A stretch of DNA of 50,148 nucleotides from a virus (lineage: Duplodnaviria > Caudoviricetes): the IMG/VR virus record IMGVR_UViG_3300045954_000022, positions 1-50,148 of that record. One strand, 5' to 3'. Under the pieces are notes generated by a model. It worked only from the letters and a program-made list of their open reading frames with translations. It made no database searches and was not told where the DNA came from. Below are positions 1 through 8,664 of the stretch, one piece after another (position 1 is the stretch's first letter; each line of letters begins with the position of its first letter). The position numbers and the translations under genes are program-made.

Positions 1-68
1 GCGTGGTCATGGTCAGGAACCTCGCAAGGCTCGATCTTGTCGGGGCTGGGCTGGGGTGGGTCGTCAAC
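1..68. repeat. Terminal overlap, left copy (matches 50081-50148)
   Basis: 1-68 aligns without gaps to 50081-50148 with 7 mismatches (positions 4, 11, 16, 18, 20, 41, 47). Confidence 0.95.
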
Positions 69-128
69 CCCCAGGCGGGGGCACAAGATATGGACGATCC
101 ACAGGGCTATGCGCTGGCGCAGGTTCAT
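1..128 (-). CDS. Hypothetical protein spanning the circular junction (5' part; continues 50080-50005; 67 aa, MNLRQRIALW...CLHLKK)
   Basis: ATG at 128 overlaps the kinase stop (ATGA); the frame stays open across the join with either end copy. Confidence 0.6.
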   Translation of the reverse strand, partial: MNLRQRIALWIVHILCPRLGVDDPPQPSPDKIEPCEVPDHDH

Positions 129-706
129 CGCACCAGCTCCGTATTGAGGCAGGCATCGATATAGGCGAGCAGCATGTCGGGGGTGCCGTCATTGCGGATC
201 AGGTGATCCCACCAGATGGGGATTCCCTCCAATGCCCCGTCGGATGGGTGAAGCTCCACCCCTGGGACCAGGTCGTGCCCAGGTCTGGTGACGCGCCACG
301 TCTGGCCCCCAAGATCCTGGACGACGGTCAGCTCCTCGGGGAAGCGCATGTCGTCGCATACCACCGACGCGCCGGCATTCAGCAGCTTCAGTACGCGCAG
401 CGACCACAACCGTGACCAGAACTGTGGGCCGATGCAGTTGCGACCCCACTCGGTACCGAGGGTTTGCATCATGTGGCGCAGGGTGGGACCGTACGGCAGC
501 GGGGTTGGCGCCTCCTTTCGGCTGAAGCACTCCTGCACTGTCAGTGGGTCTGTCACCTCGGTCAGCAGGGCCTTGAGCATGGACCGCATGGGATCGGCAA
601 AGCTGACCCGAACATACCCGTGCTCTGTGACTAGGTGGGCTGCGATGGAAGTCTTGCCGCAGCCGGGTGTAGGGCTGTATAGGGCGATGAGTCTGGGCTT
701 ATGCAT
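125..706 (-). CDS. Deoxynucleoside monophosphate kinase (T4 gp1-like)
   Basis: P-loop PGCGKTS, SFADPMR, LRHMMQTLGTEWGR and DDMRFPEE motifs. Confidence 0.9.
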   Translation of the reverse strand: MHKPRLIALYSPTPGCGKTSIAAHLVTEHGYVRVSFADPMRSMLKALLTEVTDPLTVQECFSRKEAPTPLPYGPTLRHMMQTLGTEWGRNCIGPQFWSRLWSLRVLKLLNAGASVVCDDMRFPEELTVVQDLGGQTWRVTRPGHDLVPGVELHPSDGALEGIPIWWDHLIRNDGTPDMLLAYIDACLNTELVR

Positions 707-748
707 TGGGTGGGAAACGTGTGGGATAGAGGAATTAAGGGTGGGTTG

Positions 749-937
749 TCAGGAGAGACCGTGCTCTTCCAGTAGCTCGGGAGTGGCTTCACCGACCACG
801 CTGTAGTCAGCGTTGGACTCAAACTCCTCCTTGGCAAGCGCATACGCTGCCATCTGGGCGTTGTCCTCGGTATCCGCTTCGACTGTGTCGAAACTTTCTC
901 CCCACCCGACGTCCCACCGGACGATGTACCTGGGCAT
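749..937 (-). CDS. Small acidic hypothetical protein (MPRYIVRW...)
   Basis: ORF 749..1033 trimmed to the ATG downstream of the promoter-like element at 963-971. Confidence 0.6.
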   Translation of the reverse strand: MPRYIVRWDVGWGESFDTVEADTEDNAQMAAYALAKEEFESNADYSVVGEATPELLEEHGLS

Positions 938-962
938 GATGGTGCTGTGTGGTTGCCTCGCA

Positions 963-971
963 ATAGTAGCA
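963..971 (-). promoter_or_regulatory. Extended -10 element TGCTACTAT
   Basis: Same TG-n-TACTAT core as at 11235-11250 and 12469-12484. Confidence 0.5.
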
Positions 972-1053
972 GCTAGGTTGATACTAGGAAGCCCCTGTAA
1001 CATCAGTTTACCTGATGGTACAAGGGCGTCCAAATTCGGGTGGTTCGTCAGCC

Positions 1054-1083
1054 AAAAGCCCCATGCTGGCCGGCATGAGGCTT
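1054..1083 (-). terminator. Intrinsic terminator
   Basis: Hairpin AAGCCTCATGC...GCATGGGGC followed by TTTT on the minus strand. Confidence 0.6.
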
Positions 1084-1178
1084 GAGGGGTGAACCGACTC
1101 AGCGAGGGAAGCAGCCGTTCGGCCTGTCGTGTGCACTGATTCGGGGGTGATGCCTGAACAGTAACACAACGTCACCTA

Positions 1179-1544
1179 TCAGGCGGCTTCGACCATCAGG
1201 TAATCGCCATCATCTGCGCGAGATACGCGGACGCGACCGGAGGGACCAACACCGATCTGAGCCAGGTAGTGCCGGCTGATGGGCACACTGCCGATCTTGG
1301 TGGCCTTGAGGAATCCGGTGCAGCGAGTCGCACTGGCACTGGAGGGGGCCAGCACAACACCTTTGGCTTCGGTGATGGCTTCCAGCAGGCGCTCGGGCTG
1401 GGGACGCTTCACCACGTCACCTGCCTTGTTCTTGGCGGTGCGGAAGTATCCGGCCTCCAGGGCTACCTCATTGCGAGGCATGTTGGGATTCAGCCGGAGA
1501 AACTCCAGGAGTTCAGCGCCGACGAGGGGTGTGCTTGCGGGCAT
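1179..1544 (-). CDS. Cyanobacterial-type AbrB-like transcriptional regulator (cyAbrB)
   Basis: L-x-G-x-ELL, AGY, EAITEAKGV and a C-terminal swapped-hairpin segment (GSVPISRHYLAQIGVGPSGRV) resemble cyAbrB; start could be 1565. Confidence 0.75.
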   Translation of the reverse strand: MPASTPLVGAELLEFLRLNPNMPRNEVALEAGYFRTAKNKAGDVVKRPQPERLLEAITEAKGVVLAPSSASATRCTGFLKATKIGSVPISRHYLAQIGVGPSGRVRVSRADDGDYLMVEAA

Positions 1545-1578
1545 ACGTGAGTGTGCGAACGTCACTCAGCGTAGCAGG

Positions 1579-3378
1579 TCACTTGGCATCCAACCACGTC
1601 AGACCACTGTGAGCATCAGCCGCAGGCGGCACAGCCCTGCCATCGCCCAGCTCCAGCCACTCGGCCTCGATCGTCTCCATCGTCTCCTGCAGGATGCTCA
1701 CCCAACGTTCCACCGCATCTTCACGCACGGACATGATGATCTCGTCGTGGACGGTGGCCAGCAGTACGGCCTCCTCCTCGGGTGTGCGGTGGAGCGTCAA
1801 CCACAGGGCGCCCAGGGTCTCCTTGAGCACGGCGGCACCGGCTCCCTGGATCACCGTGTTGAGACGGCGCGTCATCTGGTTGGCGTCGCCCTTCAGGAAG
1901 CGGCGCAGACGGGTGCGGCGGATCCTCACGAACGGCCACTGCCCGCACCCCTTCGCCGACAGCTCCTGCTCGAAGGCCGCGTCCTTGTGCCAGGCCGCGA
2001 TGCCGGAATAGAGCTCCAGGAAGGTGTTGCGGATGGTGTTCGCCTCCTCCAGGGTCATCTCGATGCCCATGGTGGCCGCGTAGTTCTTCAGGCCCCTGGC
2101 GCCGGCCCCGTACAGCAAGCCGAAGTTGGCCGACTTGGCCACCTGGCGCTGGGCCTTGGATGGCTCGTCGACCTTGTAGATGGCCCGCGCTGTGAGTGTG
2201 TGGAGGTCCTGGCCCTCGCAGAAGGCCTCGACCATCACGCGGTCCTTGGCCTCCACGGCGGCCAGGCGCAGCTCCATCTGGGAGTAGTCGGCCACCACCA
2301 GCCGGTAACCGGGACGCGCCACCACGCAGGCGCGGAAGCGGGGGTCGCGGGGGATCTGCTGCAGGTTGGGCTCGACGCAACTGAAGCGGCCGGTCTCGGC
2401 CCCCAGCTGCCGGTAGCTGGCCCTGGTGCGGGCCTCCTCGTCGCAGTGCCCGATCAGAGCGGTGGCCATCTGAGCCCCCTTCACGTGGCGCCGGTAGCTC
2501 AGGAAGGCATCGACCACAGGGTTTTCGCCGCGCAGAGGCTCCAGGGCCGGCTTTGAGGTGGAGGGGCGGCCGTCCGGGCCCTTCGGCTCGTAGCCCAGGG
2601 CCTCGGTGAAGACGCGCAGCATCTGCTTGGGCGACTTCAGGTTCAGCTCGACGCCCGGAGTCATGAACACCTGGGCTTGGGCCAGGAAGTCGGCCTTCAT
2701 CTGCTCGGCCTCTGCAGCCAGCGTCTCTCCCAGCTCGCGCAGGCGTGGAACGTCCCAGGTCAGCCCGTGGCGCTGCATCTGCGCGACGGCCTGGAGCGCG
2801 GCGCACTCATGGCTCCAGGCCCGCATGAGGTTGGCATGCTTGAGCATGTCCGTGAGCGGCGAGTAGAGCTGGCGCAGGGCCCGCACATCGTTCGCCGCAT
2901 AGAGCAGCTGCTCGGCGGTGATCTCCCCGGCCCAGTTCGATCGCTGCAGCTCCTTGTCGACGTCATCCCCGGTGATCCGGTGGAACAGCTCGGCCAGGGA
3001 GTGCCGGACGTTGGGCTTACCGTTCCACACCAGGACCGAGGCCAACATGGTGCAGTAGACGCGGCCGGGGAAGAAGTGAACGCCGTGCTCCTGCAACCAG
3101 GAGACGTCGAACACCGCGTTGTGGGCCACCCAGGAACGGGGCTGGTCGCAGAAGGCCCGGAGCCGCTTCCAGTCGGCCTTGTCGAAGTCCCAGCAGTCGA
3201 GCACCAGCGGGGCATCGACTCCCCTGGCGAAGAACTGCAGCAGGCGGAGGCCCCCTTGGGTGGGGGCCAGGCCGGTGGTCTCGCAGTCGAAGTAGACGAT
3301 CGTTGACCGCTCCAGGGCGGCCAGATCCTGAGTGCCGCCCAGCTGTGGTGCTGCCGGTCGCACTTGCGCGGGTATCAT
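1579..3378 (-). CDS. polA: Family A DNA polymerase (3'-5' exonuclease + polymerase, no 5' nuclease)
   Basis: Exo motifs FDCETTGL, AHNAVFD, YAANDV; polymerase motifs ADYSQMELR, AKSANFGLLYG, VHDEII. Confidence 0.95.
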   Translation of the reverse strand: MIPAQVRPAAPQLGGTQDLAALERSTIVYFDCETTGLAPTQGGLRLLQFFARGVDAPLVLDCWDFDKADWKRLRAFCDQPRSWVAHNAVFDVSWLQEHGVHFFPGRVYCTMLASVLVWNGKPNVRHSLAELFHRITGDDVDKELQRSNWAGEITAEQLLYAANDVRALRQLYSPLTDMLKHANLMRAWSHECAALQAVAQMQRHGLTWDVPRLRELGETLAAEAEQMKADFLAQAQVFMTPGVELNLKSPKQMLRVFTEALGYEPKGPDGRPSTSKPALEPLRGENPVVDAFLSYRRHVKGAQMATALIGHCDEEARTRASYRQLGAETGRFSCVEPNLQQIPRDPRFRACVVARPGYRLVVADYSQMELRLAAVEAKDRVMVEAFCEGQDLHTLTARAIYKVDEPSKAQRQVAKSANFGLLYGAGARGLKNYAATMGIEMTLEEANTIRNTFLELYSGIAAWHKDAAFEQELSAKGCGQWPFVRIRRTRLRRFLKGDANQMTRRLNTVIQGAGAAVLKETLGALWLTLHRTPEEEAVLLATVHDEIIMSVREDAVERWVSILQETMETIEAEWLELGDGRAVPPAADAHSGLTWLDAK

Positions 3379-3382
3379 ACCC
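3370..3382. promoter_or_regulatory. Palindrome GGGTATCATACCC over the polA start codon
   Basis: Same palindrome as at 16366, 16403 and 17026; overlaps the ATGA stop/start junction. Confidence 0.5.
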
Positions 3383-3629
3383 GGCCCTCCTCGTAGGAGG
3401 CGATCACCATACGCGCCGCTTCCAGGGTACGTAGAGCCCTGCGGACCTGATCGCGAGCGTCGGTGATGAGGCTGTAGGTGGTGCTGGGGTGGCGTATCTG
3501 CTCAATGTACTTGTTCAGTGTGGCCATCGAATTGGCCTCGTTGGCGATGTGCGCGTCGATTATGCGGAGGTGCTCAGGGAAACTGATGGTGCGCTTTGCG
3601 TGGCTGATTGGTGCTGCGGAATCGGACAT
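3375..3629 (-). CDS. Hypothetical protein (MSDSAAPISH...)
   Basis: C-rich leader before the ATG; stop coupled to the polA start. Confidence 0.6.
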   Translation of the reverse strand: MSDSAAPISHAKRTISFPEHLRIIDAHIANEANSMATLNKYIEQIRHPSTTYSLITDARDQVRRALRTLEAARMVIASYEEGRV

Positions 3630-3741
3630 GGGATGGGTGGGGTGTAGAGATAGGCCATCGCGTCGGCGAGGCTGGGGAAGGTGTGTTCGGTGCCGGTGCC
3701 GATCTGGGCGTGGAACGTGCCACCGGCAGAGAAGACGCGGG

Positions 3742-4077
3742 CTACGCGCATGACGTGGGGAAGGGCTGCTCGGTGAGCGTACGGCCGGTGAGCAGGGAGG
3801 CCCAGACCCGCTTCGGCCGGCCGTGACAAACCGCATCACGACTGGGTTGGTAGTGGGGGGTTTTCTCGATCCAGCGGTCCTTGGCGGCCTCCCGGAAGAT
3901 GGCCGCGATGCATCGGGGATCGGCGGAGGGACGGAGGCCGGGGTGGGACCGGCGCATCACGTCCCACAGGTCATCGGAGGTGATGCGGGCTCGGGTGCAG
4001 GCCAGACGGTGGAGTTCGCGACGGGCCACGTCAGCCCACATGGTGGTGTCGGGCCTTATGTAGTCGTACGGATTCAT
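3742..4077 (-). CDS. Hypothetical phage protein
   Basis: Clean ORF with C-rich leader; ITSDDLW...HGRPKRVW. Confidence 0.65.
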   Translation of the reverse strand: MNPYDYIRPDTTMWADVARRELHRLACTRARITSDDLWDVMRRSHPGLRPSADPRCIAAIFREAAKDRWIEKTPHYQPSRDAVCHGRPKRVWASLLTGRTLTEQPFPTSCA

Positions 4078-4113
4078 GGGGTATGGAGAACGGGGTGGGA
4101 TGTGGAGTCAGGC

Positions 4114-4488
4114 TCAGGACTTCTCGTAGGTGCGCTCCAAGGCGAACTTATTGAAGCGCTCCACGATGTCTTCAAGCAGCTCGTCTATTTGTGCCGGCGA
4201 TAAGCTATAGGAGAAGCTGATACTTTGAAGTAGCTCGATAATCTGCATGAGCTTGCTGCGGTCTTCGCTCCAGGCGGCGAAGTTGTGCATCACGAAGCCT
4301 ACATCGTCTGCGTTGAGGGTAATAGTACCCGCACGGCTCTGCAGCTTCTTAATTATTTGACTGCACATGGCGTGGTGTTGGGTCAGCAGAACAGTAAGAG
4401 CTCTCTGAGCGATGTCCGCGATCATCTGCGGCGGGTGCGAGAAGTCCTCCCGCATACTCTTAAGGAATTCAGGTGAGATTGGTTCCAT
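4114..4488 (-). CDS. Hypothetical helical protein (MEPISPEF...)
   Basis: ORF 4114..4542 trimmed to the ATG downstream of the promoter at 4531-4559. Confidence 0.65.
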   Translation of the reverse strand: MEPISPEFLKSMREDFSHPPQMIADIAQRALTVLLTQHHAMCSQIIKKLQSRAGTITLNADDVGFVMHNFAAWSEDRSKLMQIIELLQSISFSYSLSPAQIDELLEDIVERFNKFALERTYEKS

Positions 4489-4530
4489 AGATGGGTCGTC
4501 GGGGGTGGGGTGGGTGTGTGGTGCCCCAGT

Positions 4531-4559
4531 AGTATGAAGCACCTGATGGTAGATGGCAA
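4531..4559 (-). promoter_or_regulatory. Sigma70-type promoter TTGCCA-N17-CATACT
   Basis: Near-consensus hexamers with a 17-nt spacer, intergenic. Confidence 0.55.
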
Positions 4560-4581
4560 GGGGTTGTGGTATAAGGATACG

Positions 4582-5199
4582 TTATGGTCTCCGAAAATCG
4601 ACTTCGTGTGCAGCGGTGGCGGCCTGCAGGATACGTTCGTGATCGAAACTATAGCCTTTATCGCCGTGATTTGAGGGGGTACAATCTGTATGCTGACAAG
4701 TTACTCTATCTCCCCTGCCGTCAAACTCGATACCAGCGGTTCTACCGCATCCACACATGCACCAATAATGCGGATCCCAAGCAGCTTCCAGTAATCCAGG
4801 GGAGCTGTAGCTCCTTTCAAGTATATACATACCTGGGTAGCCTGGATGGGATCTGTACCCAAATTCGTTGTTCGGGTCGGGTAACCCATAGGCTACGAAG
4901 AAGTATTCTACCCTACTCGCAAACTCATTGAGGCGTGTGTCTTCAAGCTTCGGTCTGCCGCCAAAACCGAAGTAGTACCCAGGCCCCCAAGGCTTCACCT
5001 CAATCCACGTTCCACCGTGCATCTTCGGTAGGTAGAAGTCAGGTAGATACCAGCCTGATGGCAGGTCAAACCCCTCAGGCTCGTATTCCCACACAATACC
5101 CAGCTCGTTGAAGAACAAGGCAAACCGTGCCTCCAGCCGACTGCGGAAGAGTCTGCCGGCATACCTAGTAGGTATTGGCTTAATTGAAGCTGCGGTCAT
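4582..5199 (-). CDS. PD-(D/E)XK-like endonuclease
   Basis: TRYAG-x-x-FRSRLEA, WEYEPEGF, YLPDF and IEVK motifs; lower GC than neighbours. Confidence 0.75.
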   Translation of the reverse strand: MTAASIKPIPTRYAGRLFRSRLEARFALFFNELGIVWEYEPEGFDLPSGWYLPDFYLPKMHGGTWIEVKPWGPGYYFGFGGRPKLEDTRLNEFASRVEYFFVAYGLPDPNNEFGYRSHPGYPGMYILERSYSSPGLLEAAWDPHYWCMCGCGRTAGIEFDGRGDRVTCQHTDCTPSNHGDKGYSFDHERILQAATAAHEVDFRRP

Positions 5200-5338
5200 G
5201 GGTGCTGTAGGTGGACGCTGCACAAGCATACACGGTGTAGGGGAGTCTCACCCCATCCGTTGCCAACGGCGAAACCTATCGGCATCTAGTACCCGCCTCG
5301 GCTCCGACCAACCCTCCCCTCCTATGTGTGGGAAAAGC

Positions 5339-5586
5339 TGTCACGCCGACGCCTTTTCCAGTTTTTGCAAGGAGTCTCGGCGTGATCGGCCTGTTTTCGG
5401 GCGGTGGGGTGTAACGCCGTCTTCAGGACGTTCCAGGTGCATTCTCATATCCGTCTCATGTGAGAATTTAGATTCTCTTAAGGATTCGATGCTTCGTCTA
5501 GAGATGCCGTGACACCCTCTTTCAAAAAAGACCCATGTCACGCCGAAACCCCGTATCAACACTGAGAAGTGGGTCGGCGTGACACC
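5339..5586. repeat. Six alternating-orientation copies of TGTCACGCCGA-like iteron; candidate replication origin
   Basis: Copies at about 5339(+), 5377(-), 5410(+), 5506(-), 5536(+), 5573(-) in an intergenic gap with A/T tracts. Confidence 0.7.
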
Positions 5587-5642
5587 TTTTTCGACACTAG
5601 GGGCGGAGGGTTGGCAGCCGCCCCAGGTGGTCGGGTGGGACG

Positions 5643-7829
5643 TCAACCTTCCCGTGGGTCGTCCTCCTTGGGCTCCAGCGGCAGTGGGGCCACGTCGGTG
5701 GTGGTGATGTGGCTGGAGAGCACCGCCAGGTAGGAGGAGGTCTTCTGTGTGCGACCGTGGGCGTCCTGCATCGAGCGGTCCGGTCCCCTGGCGATCAGGC
5801 CTCGCTTCAGCATGCGGGCCAGGTTTGGCCTGATGGAGCCATCCGCCGTGCGGGTCTGCTCGGCGATCTCCCAGGTGGTGAGGTCGTGCGGGTAGGCATC
5901 CCGCAGAACCGCCAGGATCTTCACCTGGATCGTCTCGATCCGGCTGGTGCGCGGTGTCTCAGCGGGGCGTTGCGGATCTGACAGGGTGAAGCTCAGGTCT
6001 GCGTTCATCGTCATCTGCAGGTGGGTGCCGCCTCTACCACTACGGCTCTTCTCAAAGTTGAGGATCCTGGCGTCAGGCCCCATAACCCGGATCTCCTCTT
6101 CGTCGGGCAGCCGGAGCTTGATCACCTCGTCCACCGCCGCCGTGATAGCTGAGGTACCACGATGGCCGCCGTTCTTATTGCTATGATGCACCACGAAGAT
6201 GCAGCAGGCCGGGAACAGGGTGCCGTTGGCCTTGGCGAGAAAGTAGAGCGGGTCAGCGAACTCCTTGGCGTTCTCACTATGAGGTGACCCCACACTGCAG
6301 GCCGATAGGGAGTCAATCACCACAAAGCGGGGCTTCACGTCACTGAGCAGCTCGATGGTGCCAGCCCTATCCCGCAGATTGAACCCGTTCCGCACTACGA
6401 AGTCATCCTCCTTAGTGAAGCCGTGTTGCACCAGCATCTCCTGCATGACCATATTATTCTGGTCGTTCTGGGCGATGAGCAGGGTGCCCCCGGCCACTGG
6501 CATCTTGCGCCCCCTGATAGAGATGTCGGTAGAGCGCATGATCGTCTTGCCGATTGCCAGGGCAGCCTGGGTCTTCCCTTCCCCTGGTGCGGCGTGGATC
6601 ATTACTACTGAAGGTGCGTAGAACATATCTGGAATGATGTAGTCCAGAAGGAACTCTTCAGCCAGAAAATCGGCCCCTGTCTGCCTAGGCGGCATCTGCT
6701 TATGCTGCATATGCGTGATATACAGGTTGTCGAAGAAACTCCTATCACAGCGGGGGAAACGTGAGCGCAACTGCTCCAACTCAAAATCCGCCATAGCGGG
6801 GTCTTCGATGTGATTGTATATCGTATCCAGCTGCTTGATAATATCCTCAAAGCTATCCTTCTGTATCTCCTCATCCTGCTGCATGCGTTCCCGCATCTCA
6901 GGTGTGAAACGCTCGCGATTCTTGTCGTATTCGTCTGCAAAGGCAATCAGGTTGCCCAGGTTCCGCTGCTTACCACCTGACTTCTTACCGAAGGTGGCCC
7001 ACTTCTCAGCGCATGGATCGTCGCCACGCTCCCACTGCGCCTGGTGTTCCGGGTGGGTCGTGCGCTTCGACCAGGCCCGCCAGTACTCCAGGCCCTCGTC
7101 TGTCGGGAAGGTGTGGTGGATGGCCATGCCCACATGGATCCAGTCCCGATAGCTCTGATCTGGCGGGATCACTCCCAGGCATCCCTCGATGATGTTGCGC
7201 TTGTAGGCCAGTGGCCGCCAGGCTCCCCCGTACTTGATCTGCTGGGAGAGGACGCCCCCTGTGGCGACGTGATCCTCCTTGGCCTTCCGCATCAAAGCCA
7301 GCATCCAGCCAGGGGCCGGTGGGATGTTGCTGAGGTCGCCGTGCAGCTCGTAGCTCTCGCCTCCCTCGCTGTGATCGTTGGCCGGGTAGTCCCCATAGAC
7401 CACGCCCTGGAAGCCCTTGCCCCACAGCACTTCAAAGCCCTTCCCGGAGGCTTCCGTGCTCACGCTGTGCAGGCTGTCCATGTTCTCGTCGGCGGAGACG
7501 AGGAACAGGTACTTGGCGGCGTTCTTCTTGGGGCTGGTGACGCAGGGGGCCTTGGCCAGGTCGTCCCCGAACTGCTCCAGGGTCATGGCCAGGTTGGCGT
7601 CCACGTCGAAGATCGCCAGCCGGCTGTGAGGGCCGCACCACAGGCCGATCGCCGTGTAGTCGGTGTGCCCCTGGCGGATGGCCAGATCGAGGTCGGCCAA
7701 TCCCTTATGGAATTTGCCGGGGTGGGGCTCGTAGCTGTGGTCAGGCTTCTTCCCACCGAGAATCGGTGTGAAGGCCAGGCCCTCAGGCAGGCTGCGGGCG
7801 AACGCGAGAAGATCAGACTGTGATACCAT
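5643..7829 (-). CDS. Primase-helicase (Prim-Pol-like N-terminus, PriCT-2, RepA/AAA_25 helicase, C-terminal wHTH)
   Basis: SYRDWIHVGMAIH...WRAWS...KWATF; Walker A APGEGKT; VVIDSL; VVHHSNK...RGTSAI. Confidence 0.9.
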   Translation of the reverse strand: MVSQSDLLAFARSLPEGLAFTPILGGKKPDHSYEPHPGKFHKGLADLDLAIRQGHTDYTAIGLWCGPHSRLAIFDVDANLAMTLEQFGDDLAKAPCVTSPKKNAAKYLFLVSADENMDSLHSVSTEASGKGFEVLWGKGFQGVVYGDYPANDHSEGGESYELHGDLSNIPPAPGWMLALMRKAKEDHVATGGVLSQQIKYGGAWRPLAYKRNIIEGCLGVIPPDQSYRDWIHVGMAIHHTFPTDEGLEYWRAWSKRTTHPEHQAQWERGDDPCAEKWATFGKKSGGKQRNLGNLIAFADEYDKNRERFTPEMRERMQQDEEIQKDSFEDIIKQLDTIYNHIEDPAMADFELEQLRSRFPRCDRSFFDNLYITHMQHKQMPPRQTGADFLAEEFLLDYIIPDMFYAPSVVMIHAAPGEGKTQAALAIGKTIMRSTDISIRGRKMPVAGGTLLIAQNDQNNMVMQEMLVQHGFTKEDDFVVRNGFNLRDRAGTIELLSDVKPRFVVIDSLSACSVGSPHSENAKEFADPLYFLAKANGTLFPACCIFVVHHSNKNGGHRGTSAITAAVDEVIKLRLPDEEEIRVMGPDARILNFEKSRSGRGGTHLQMTMNADLSFTLSDPQRPAETPRTSRIETIQVKILAVLRDAYPHDLTTWEIAEQTRTADGSIRPNLARMLKRGLIARGPDRSMQDAHGRTQKTSSYLAVLSSHITTTDVAPLPLEPKEDDPREG

Positions 7830-7929
7830 CGTAAGGCGATAGAGGAATACCGCCCCCGTCACTGGGGGCTTTTCCATGCTCGCACGGGGTGGAATGTCCG
7901 GGTATCAGATGTCGTTATGCAACAGGCCG

Positions 7930-7957
7930 TTGCCTTATGAGCCTTGTGCCCTATAGT
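7930..7957 (+). promoter_or_regulatory. Sigma70-type promoter TTGCCT-N16-TATAGT
   Basis: Divergent intergenic region, 26 nt upstream of the 7984 start. Confidence 0.5.
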
Positions 7958-7983
7958 GGCTGAGCACACCCAAATTCATTCCC

Positions 7984-8571
7984 GTGCCACTCCTTACGAA
8001 CACCAAGGTTTCCGAGTACAGCAAGGCCAGCGGTGGCGGCTATCTCAACCCCAACAAGATCCCCACGGGGCGCTCCGTGCGGTTCGCCATCATGCCCGAC
8101 AGCATGATCGAGTATTTCGAGACCTGGGGCGAGAAGTCAGACGGCAAGCGGCAGCCCGTGCGGTTCGCCGAAGAGCCGACCCCTGACGACGTTGAAGCTG
8201 CTATGACCAAGGCGGGCCTCAAGCTGGCAGTCAACAAGATCAGCGATAAGCCCGACGTGCCCAAGTACGTTCTGGCCCTCACGATCTACGAGCACGAAAG
8301 CGGCGAGATCAAGGTGCTGGCACTCCCCCAGCCCAGCATCCGCAACCAGCTGGAGGAGCTCGACAGCAAGCCTGACTACGACCCGATCACCGACTGGGAT
8401 CTGGAACTGTCCAAGAAGGAGGAAGGCGGATTCGTCAAGTACTCCCTGATCGCTCTGCCCCGCCGCCGTGGCCAGCAGGCCTCGATCGATGTCGCCTGGG
8501 AGGAAGCACAGGATTCCGGCTTCGACCTGAGCCGCCTGCTCACCAACGGGGATCCGTTCAAGGCCGCGTAA
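7984..8571 (+). CDS. Probable ssDNA-binding/annealing protein
   Basis: GGYLNP...VRF...YFETW, acidic C-terminus ending GDPF; lies between primase and exonuclease. Confidence 0.55.
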   Translation: MPLLTNTKVSEYSKASGGGYLNPNKIPTGRSVRFAIMPDSMIEYFETWGEKSDGKRQPVRFAEEPTPDDVEAAMTKAGLKLAVNKISDKPDVPKYVLALTIYEHESGEIKVLALPQPSIRNQLEELDSKPDYDPITDWDLELSKKEEGGFVKYSLIALPRRRGQQASIDVAWEEAQDSGFDLSRLLTNGDPFKAA

Positions 8572-8593
8572 CATCTACCCGGATAGGGTTCGG

Positions 8594-8618
8594 GGGCCGG
8601 GGAGACCTGGCCCTTTTT
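8594..8618 (+). terminator. Intrinsic terminator
   Basis: GGGCCGGG-GAGA-CCTGGCCC-TTTTT. Confidence 0.8.
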
Positions 8619-8664
8619 CGTGCCTCGCAGTAGCGGGCGTTGTTGAGAATCCGGCTGCTAGCCT

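Noticed and set aside
1-68. End repeats as a diversity-generating retroelement TR/VR pair
   Set aside because: No reverse transcriptase gene, mismatches are not confined to adenines on one strand, and the pattern fits an assembly overlap.
1279-2806. Long overlapping or antisense ORFs (1279-2556, 1721-2806; likewise 11393-12436, 29835-31205, 35147-36379)
   Set aside because: These are shadows of GC3-rich real genes and show no recognisable motifs.
1579-3378. PolA as a Z-base (DpoZ) or other modified-base polymerase
   Set aside because: No purZ, dATPase or recognisable base-modification genes are present, and motif B is the standard K-x3-F-G-x2-YG.
5341-5646. 101-aa ORF following the helicase
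   Set aside because: Atypical composition; it runs through the iteron array and is better explained as non-coding, although a GTGA-type overlap cannot be fully excluded.
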